From assembly GCA_045541355.1 (NCBI GenBank), contig JAZQIW010000111.1, positions 2,679 through 66,678 of the forward strand: 64,000 nt of DNA, written 5' to 3'. The translations under genes and the position numbers were made by a program. Origin of the DNA: Eubacteriales bacterium (GTDB lineage Bacteria > Bacillota > Clostridia > Oscillospirales > CAG-382). Below are positions 58,644 through 64,000 of this stretch, in pieces (the first letter of the stretch is position 1; each line of letters opens with the position of its first letter). The notes below the pieces were generated by a model that worked only from the letters and a program-made list of their open reading frames with translations, ran no database searches and was not told the origin of the DNA.

Positions 58644-59777
58644 TTATCTCACAGTAATACAAGAGGCAAGAATTCTCCCCACAAGGTCAAGAAAAGTAAT
58701 TTTATCTACTCCCTCTGCCGTCTTTACGGGAAAACGGGCTGCTTCCTTTCCCTCCACTGTATAAATGACATCCCCTACATGAGTGTTCTTTTCAAAGGGT
58801 GCCTCTATTTCCTGCTGCAGCTCCACGGTACACTCAACCTTTCCTGCCCTGCCTTTATCAATCAATATATCCGAAAGCTCAGCACAAAGCTCAACCTCAT
58901 TTGTTATTCCGCCCTTTACCTTCAGCTTTTCAAGTGTCGGCGTCTCGGGCTTATAAATACTGTAATTGGCAAAGCCATGCTCAAGAAGCTTTTTAGCATC
59001 CGCAAATCTTTTATCGCTGCTTTCACTCTTCATTACAGCTGCAATAAGCGACATCCCGCCCCGTTCTGCCGTTGCAGACATACAGTAAAGTGCACTTGAG
59101 GTATACCCTGTCTTCATACCGGTAGCACCGTTATAAAATCGGATTAGCTTATTTGTATTTGTAATGCCGAACTCACCGCCGCGAAGGGTATCCATCCAAA
59201 TCCTTGTATAATCATACACCTTTTTATGCTTATGAAGCTCCCTTGTCATTATGGCAATATCCCTTGCCGTAGTATAGTGATTCTCGGCAGGAAGTCCTGT
59301 ACAGTTTGAAAAGTGAGTATTTACCATTCCAAGCTCAGCAGCCTTTTCATTCATAAGAGTCACAAAGCTTTCCTCGCTTCCCGAAACAAGCTCCGATAGT
59401 GCTACGGTACAGTCATTGGCGGAAGCTACTATCACTGCCTTAAGCATTTCATTGACACTCATTGTCTCACCGACCTCAAGCCAAATCTGAGAGCCACCCA
59501 TGGATGACGAATATTCGCTTCCCGTCACAGGTGTATCAAGGTCAAATTTTCCCTCATCCATGGCTTCAAAAACAAGAATAAGTGACATGATTTTTGTAAC
59601 CGATGCAGGCTCTAAGCGCTCATCGGCATTCATTTCATACAGCACCCGTCCCGTTGATGCTTCCATAAGGCAGGCAGAGGTGCTTGACAGTTCAAGCTCT
59701 GCAGCGCCGGCTAAAGTACAGGTTAAAAACACAACGGAAATCACCGCGCAAACAAGCAGTATTTTAAGTGTTTTCAT
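58644..59777 (-). CDS. D-alanyl-D-alanine carboxypeptidase (PBP5-type serine peptidase)
   Basis: 377 aa from the ATG at 59777 (GGAGG 8 nt upstream). It has a signal peptide and the SxxK (SVTK), SxN (SAND) and KTG (MKTGYT) motifs. Confidence 0.85.
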   Translation of the reverse strand: MKTLKILLVCAVISVVFLTCTLAGAAELELSSTSACLMEASTGRVLYEMNADERLEPASVTKIMSLILVFEAMDEGKFDLDTPVTGSEYSSSMGGSQIWLEVGETMSVNEMLKAVIVASANDCTVALSELVSGSEESFVTLMNEKAAELGMVNTHFSNCTGLPAENHYTTARDIAIMTRELHKHKKVYDYTRIWMDTLRGGEFGITNTNKLIRFYNGATGMKTGYTSSALYCMSATAERGGMSLIAAVMKSESSDKRFADAKKLLEHGFANYSIYKPETPTLEKLKVKGGITNEVELCAELSDILIDKGRAGKVECTVELQQEIEAPFEKNTHVGDVIYTVEGKEAARFPVKTAEGVDKITFLDLVGRILASCITVR

Positions 59778-59870
59778 TTTCAAATCCTCCAAAAGTAATT
59801 TACACTGTAATTATTTGTAAAGACTTCGGAAAATATACCTGAACATTGAAAATACACCCAAAAACAAGGC

Positions 59871-59897
59871 AAAAAAATGCGGCGGTAAAACCGCCGC
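59871..59897 (-). terminator. Intrinsic terminator after the PstS-like gene
   Basis: On the minus strand, GCGGCGG-TTTTA-CCGCCGC is followed by ATTTTTTT. Confidence 0.75.
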
Positions 59898-59909
59898 CGA
59901 AGCTTGATT

Positions 59910-60860
59910 CTATTTCTTTACCACGTAGTTTTCCCTCTCGGCAAGCTGTTTTCCCTGCTCTGAGCAAATCCAGTTATACAGTATCCTTTCGGGGCTGTTC
60001 TCAGGCGCATCCTTACGGATTACTACATAGAAATCATTGGTGTAGGGGTATTCTCCCTTACTTATACTTTCATTTGTAGGTGCGATACCGTCAACCGAAA
60101 GAAGCTTACTTGTTGCAAGCTTATCCGACTCCATATTGGTCAGATAATAGTACACCGTATATCCGAGGGCGTCCTTTGAGTTATCATAGTCGGCTACCGC
60201 CTCAAGCAATCCTATCATTGAGCCTATTCTTGTCTCGGCAGGTGCATCCATAAGCTCGTCACCGAGATTTACAAGCTTATCAAAGAGTGTCTGGCTTCCG
60301 CTGTCCTTATTTCTCTGATAAGCAATTATACTATGCTCATCCCCTCCAACCTCAGACCAGTTCGTGATATTTCCGCGATATATTTCTTCAATCTGCTGCT
60401 GAGTAAGGCTTTCAATTTTGTTTTCCAAGCTGCAAATAAACACAAGTGCATCAGTCCCGATGGGAGTCATTTCAAGCTCTACGTTCTTTTCTTCACAGTA
60501 TCTGACGGCATCCTCTCCCATTTCATAGGCAAGAATAATATCAAATCTGCCGTCTGCAAGCCATACGTAATTGTCCGTTGTCGAGCCTTCAAAAACAATC
60601 ATATCCGAGGCTTTATCTCTGTCAATGCCCAGAACAGTTGCCGTTACAGCTTCACCTAAAGGAAGATTGGCGAGAGAGCCGCCCATCTTGGGATAATTCT
60701 CCTCGGTAAATACAAAGCTGTCCGTTTCTTTTTGTGCATGATCGACGTCATCTGAAACCTGTTCCGAAATTATATCGTGGGTTATCCTTGTGACTGCACA
60801 TGAGGTAAGCAAAAAACCTGCCAGTACAACGCTTATTAATACTAAAGTCAGTTTTCTCAT
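59910..60860 (-). CDS. PstS-family (PBP-like) substrate-binding lipoprotein
   Basis: 316 aa with lipobox LLTSC and blocks ..AYQRNKDSGSQTLF.. and ..LGYTVYYY.. resembling phosphate-binding-protein-like domains. No permease or ATPase gene is adjacent. Confidence 0.55.
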   Translation of the reverse strand: MRKLTLVLISVVLAGFLLTSCAVTRITHDIISEQVSDDVDHAQKETDSFVFTEENYPKMGGSLANLPLGEAVTATVLGIDRDKASDMIVFEGSTTDNYVWLADGRFDIILAYEMGEDAVRYCEEKNVELEMTPIGTDALVFICSLENKIESLTQQQIEEIYRGNITNWSEVGGDEHSIIAYQRNKDSGSQTLFDKLVNLGDELMDAPAETRIGSMIGLLEAVADYDNSKDALGYTVYYYLTNMESDKLATSKLLSVDGIAPTNESISKGEYPYTNDFYVVIRKDAPENSPERILYNWICSEQGKQLAERENYVVKK

Positions 60861-60883
60861 TTCAAACTCTCCTTAACTTAAAT

Positions 60884-62554
60884 CTATTCGTTATATTCCT
60901 TAACCAAGCCATGAAGGTTACTGTCATAGGTTGCACACACATTTTTACTGCACACATAGAAATAGCATTTTCCGTCAATTTCCCTACATTCAATACTGTC
61001 GGCATCAGAGAAAATCAATTTTTTCTGCTTTAAATCGTACAAGTAATGCTTTGTTCCCTCCCATGCGGCAAATGCGGGGTTCGTTTCATCATAAGTGTAA
61101 ATATGTACAAAGCGGTCATTCTCACCATAGAAGGTGACGTATCCTCCGGCGGGAGCAGTAAAGAGAAGCTCCTTTGTTTCTACATCATAAAGGTGCAGGC
61201 TTCTTGTGTCATTCATAGTGCTTTCGCCCGAAAGCTCATCATATTTATACTCAAAATCACCCGTGGTATATGCTACAAAACGAGAGTTTTTATCAACATC
61301 GAGAAAGTCGCAAAAATCATCAAACCTTGCAACAGTTTCTCCGTCTCCGTCGAAAAGCAGACCGAAGTCATTTTCATCATCGACATATATATACAGATTA
61401 TCCTTGCTTTCATACCTGTTTGGCGAAACACCAAGCTCTTTACTTACAAAATCGCTCGAATCGTCGAGGTATTTATATACGTTTCTGTTTGCATCATCGG
61501 TATAATTATATATAATTCTTCCGTTATCGGGAAAGCGAAGGGTACAGTATCTTGAGCCTTGAGCCGTACCAATAAAATCTCCGCTTCCGTCATAAATGTC
61601 ACACATAAGGCTCTTATCTTTATACCTTGCGACAAAATATGTATTTCCCTCTCCTTTATACGGAATCTCACAATATATCGACTCGTATTCTCCGACAGAT
61701 ATTTCCTCTCCGAAGGTATTAATAAGGTAGCAGTTTCCGTCAAAATCCTCTACGCTTGCAACACCGTATTTATTAAAGCTGCTTGAGAAGCTATACGGGC
61801 CCAGAACAAATTCGCCCTTCTCATTGATAAAATATCTGTCCGAAATATAGTTTCCGTCTTCTCTCTTTTCAAACGAATAAACCGGTGCAAGTCCGCAGCT
61901 AAAGCTTCCTGCTATATCGCAGTTATCAAGAGAAAACACTTCCTTGCCGTCATAATCATAAAATACATGGTGCGTTTTATCTTCAACGTAGCTGCTTATA
62001 CATATGTATCCTGAGCCTGCGGTTGAGACATATGAATTTTTCTCAAGCTTCATACACCACTTTCCGCTTTCGGGAATTACGTACTGCTCGCCCGGCATAT
62101 ATTCATCCGGTGCATCTGTTTTCCGAGAAGTATTTCTTGTAAGAGTATAATACCCGAAACCATCATCTGTCTCATTATAATGCAGGTATTCATTTTCTTC
62201 GGATGCATCCATAACTATTGTTCCGTCCTCAAGGCAAAAGCCGTAGGATGCATAGCCCTGGGAAATATTCCAGGAGTCCATATCCGAGCTTTTAAACACC
62301 TTATAGCTGCCCACATACGGCAAAACAAGACCGTATTCGGTGCTCGGGACAAACTCGGGAGTATACTCACCGTAAAAATGCTTTTTTTGCTTCCCCGAAA
62401 AATCGCCGATTTCAGGAAGCTCTCCACTGATATAAAAAACATTTGAGATATCGGTTTTATCATTGACATTTTCGTCAACCGATGCATTTCTAATGGTATT
62501 ACACGAGGTCAAAGCAAGCGCGCACAGCAAAAGAACCGTAAAAGCTTTTCTCAT
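60884..62554 (-). CDS. WG-repeat-like lipoprotein
   Basis: 556 aa from the ATG at 62554 (GGAGGAG RBS) with lipobox LALTSC. Contains repeated units of about 35-40 aa of the form ..F.cGLAPV.....G.Y.IN.kGE.v.. resembling KWG/WG repeats. Confidence 0.5.
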   Translation of the reverse strand: MRKAFTVLLLCALALTSCNTIRNASVDENVNDKTDISNVFYISGELPEIGDFSGKQKKHFYGEYTPEFVPSTEYGLVLPYVGSYKVFKSSDMDSWNISQGYASYGFCLEDGTIVMDASEENEYLHYNETDDGFGYYTLTRNTSRKTDAPDEYMPGEQYVIPESGKWCMKLEKNSYVSTAGSGYICISSYVEDKTHHVFYDYDGKEVFSLDNCDIAGSFSCGLAPVYSFEKREDGNYISDRYFINEKGEFVLGPYSFSSSFNKYGVASVEDFDGNCYLINTFGEEISVGEYESIYCEIPYKGEGNTYFVARYKDKSLMCDIYDGSGDFIGTAQGSRYCTLRFPDNGRIIYNYTDDANRNVYKYLDDSSDFVSKELGVSPNRYESKDNLYIYVDDENDFGLLFDGDGETVARFDDFCDFLDVDKNSRFVAYTTGDFEYKYDELSGESTMNDTRSLHLYDVETKELLFTAPAGGYVTFYGENDRFVHIYTYDETNPAFAAWEGTKHYLYDLKQKKLIFSDADSIECREIDGKCYFYVCSKNVCATYDSNLHGLVKEYNE

Positions 62555-62704
62555 AAGCTCCTCCTTTCGACGTATCTGCATATTATGCAAATCGTTGCTA
62601 AATATTACTGTATATGTTATGACGTAAATATTAAGGTTTTGTTCCCATATTCAGTATACAACTAACTTTTTTTAAAGTCAAGATAAGTTACGACAACAAG
62701 CACA

Positions 62705-62728
62705 AAGTCATTGACAAAGTCATTGACA
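62705..62728 (+). repeat. Tandem 12-bp duplication AAGTCATTGACA x2
   Basis: Two exact copies at 62705-62716 and 62717-62728, each containing TTGACA. Confidence 0.9.
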
Positions 62729-62751
62729 CACTCATAAAATAGGTTTATAAT
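62723..62751 (+). promoter_or_regulatory. Consensus sigma-A promoter for the beta-lactamase-family gene
   Basis: The second TTGACA, a 17-nt spacer, then TATAAT. Confidence 0.6.
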
Positions 62752-62789
62752 TAGTAAGGATAAAGATATATTTTTATGAGGTGAAAACA

Positions 62790-63962
62790 ATGAATTTCAG
62801 AAACGTAAAGGAGCTAATGGACAGGCTTTGCAACTGGATAATTCCCGGAAATGTCATAGTAATATACAAGGACAACAAAAAGGTGTTTGAATACTGTTCC
62901 GGTTATTCTGACCTTGAAGCAAAGAAAAAAATGAGAATGGACAACCTTTTCAACATCTATTCCTGCTCAAAGGTAGCTACGGTTACGGCGGCAATGCAGC
63001 TTTTTGAAAAGGGCTACTTCCTTATGACAACCCCTCTCTACGAGTTTATCCCCGAATTTCGTTCAATGAAATGCCTCGACGAGAACGGCAACATTGTTGA
63101 TTGCAAAAATCCAATTACAATGTTCAATCTTTTCACAATGACCGCAGGGCTTCTTTACAGTTATCCAAATTCTCTGAAAATAACACAGGAAAACAACGGC
63201 GGAAAGGTTCCGACCATTGAATTTGCAAAGACAATTGCAAAAAACGAGGTTTTATCCTTCAATCCCGGCACTCGTTTTCAATACAGCTATTGCCACGATG
63301 TTCTTGCTGCTGTTGTTGAAGTAATCTCGGGTCAGAGATTTTCTCAATACATGAAAAAAAACATATTTGAGCCCTTGGGAATGTACGAAACATACTATCA
63401 CGACCTTCCCGAGGCTGCAAAACAGAGAATGGCATCCCAATACAACTACAAAATAACAGAAACAGATATTGTTAAGCTTCAGAGCATGGCAATTGAAGAG
63501 ACAGGCGAGCTTCAAAGAGCAGACTGGGGCAACAGTCTTGTATACGGCGATGAATATGACAGCGGCGGAGCAGGAATTATCACCACGATGGATGATTATG
63601 TTCTGCTTATGAATGCTCTTGCAAATGACGGAAAAGGAACAACAGGCGAAAGAATAATTTCCAAAGCCTCAATTGAGCTTATGAGAACACCGCACATAAC
63701 ACAGGAGCAGTTCAAATACTGCACCTGGCCCAACATGAAAGGCTATGCATACGGTCTCGGTGTCAGAACAATGTTTGACAAAACAATAGGCTCAGGTTCC
63801 CTTTCAAACATCGGCGAGTTCGGATGGGGCGGTGCGGCAGGTGCATCTGTTTTTGTTGACCCGTCTGAAAGGCTTGCCGTTTCCTATGCACACCATATGC
63901 TCAACCCTCAGGAAGCATATTATCAGCCAAGACTTAGAAACTCTATTTATTCTTCACTTTAA
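62790..63962 (+). CDS. Serine hydrolase, beta-lactamase (class C-like) family
   Basis: 390 aa from the ATG at 62790 (GAGGTG 6 nt upstream) with the SxxK nucleophile motif YSCSKVAT. No signal peptide is present. Confidence 0.8.
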   Translation: MNFRNVKELMDRLCNWIIPGNVIVIYKDNKKVFEYCSGYSDLEAKKKMRMDNLFNIYSCSKVATVTAAMQLFEKGYFLMTTPLYEFIPEFRSMKCLDENGNIVDCKNPITMFNLFTMTAGLLYSYPNSLKITQENNGGKVPTIEFAKTIAKNEVLSFNPGTRFQYSYCHDVLAAVVEVISGQRFSQYMKKNIFEPLGMYETYYHDLPEAAKQRMASQYNYKITETDIVKLQSMAIEETGELQRADWGNSLVYGDEYDSGGAGIITTMDDYVLLMNALANDGKGTTGERIISKASIELMRTPHITQEQFKYCTWPNMKGYAYGLGVRTMFDKTIGSGSLSNIGEFGWGGAAGASVFVDPSERLAVSYAHHMLNPQEAYYQPRLRNSIYSSL

Positions 63963-63973
63963 GGGGTACAAAA

Positions 63974-64000
63974 ATGAACACTCGACTTGACAGAACAAAG
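63974..64000 (+). CDS. Start of an unidentified CDS running off the window
   Basis: The ATG at 63974 follows AAGGGG. Only 9 codons (MNTRLDRTK) are visible. Confidence 0.3.

Overview
This 64-kb window looks like a chromosomal segment of a low-GC, spore-forming Firmicute; the Clostridia-like assignment rests on gene content only. It is densely packed with about 62 protein genes, almost all housekeeping.

Content in window order:
- A 5'-truncated SpoIID-like/peptidoglycan-binding gene, followed by the complete spoIIIAA-AH operon.
- A trans-prenyl synthase, uppS and LRR-lipoprotein operon, then an MscS-family channel gene.
- A nine-gene V-type ATPase (ntp) operon whose K subunit carries the Na+-binding signature.
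- thiN, an MBL hydrolase, a DUF554 protein, dut and a small 77-aa gene.
- A strongly codon-biased, membrane-anchored surface protein.
- greA, lysS and a membrane protein.
- A pyrC-K-D-F-E-B-I operon.
- pflB-pflA, preceded by a ZTP (pfl-motif) riboswitch that an ORF track cannot show.
- An SGNH-type esterase and a YitT-family protein.
- Two tRNA-Ser genes forming their own transcription unit.
- copA-copZ and xpt.
- A 997-aa multidomain protein.
- An amidohydrolase paired with a two-TM protein.
- The ACT/UPF0210 gene pair.
- A two-copy ~146-bp tandem intergenic repeat.
- A hexapeptide-repeat protein, then mscL, hpt and tsaB.
- The jag-yidC-yidD-rnpA-rpmH cluster. rpmH has a GTG start and is absent from the ORF track.
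- A HAD, CapA and AEC-transporter operon.
- A Na+-decarboxylase beta subunit plus an unlisted 48-aa gamma-like ORF, behind a long terminator-containing leader.
- pgi, a DD-carboxypeptidase, two lipoproteins and a beta-lactamase-family hydrolase.

I found no transposase, integrase, phage genes, CRISPR array or recognisable defence locus. I cannot honestly point to a convincing new multi-gene system.

The observations most worth a second look:
1. The unassigned attenuator-type leader upstream of oadB.
2. The tandem terminator-bearing repeat module at 46.7-47.0 kb.
3. The Shine-Dalgarno sequence separated from its AUG by a hairpin, upstream of the surface-protein gene.
4. Several operons of unknown function.

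All coordinates were derived by hand from the sequence. No database search was possible.
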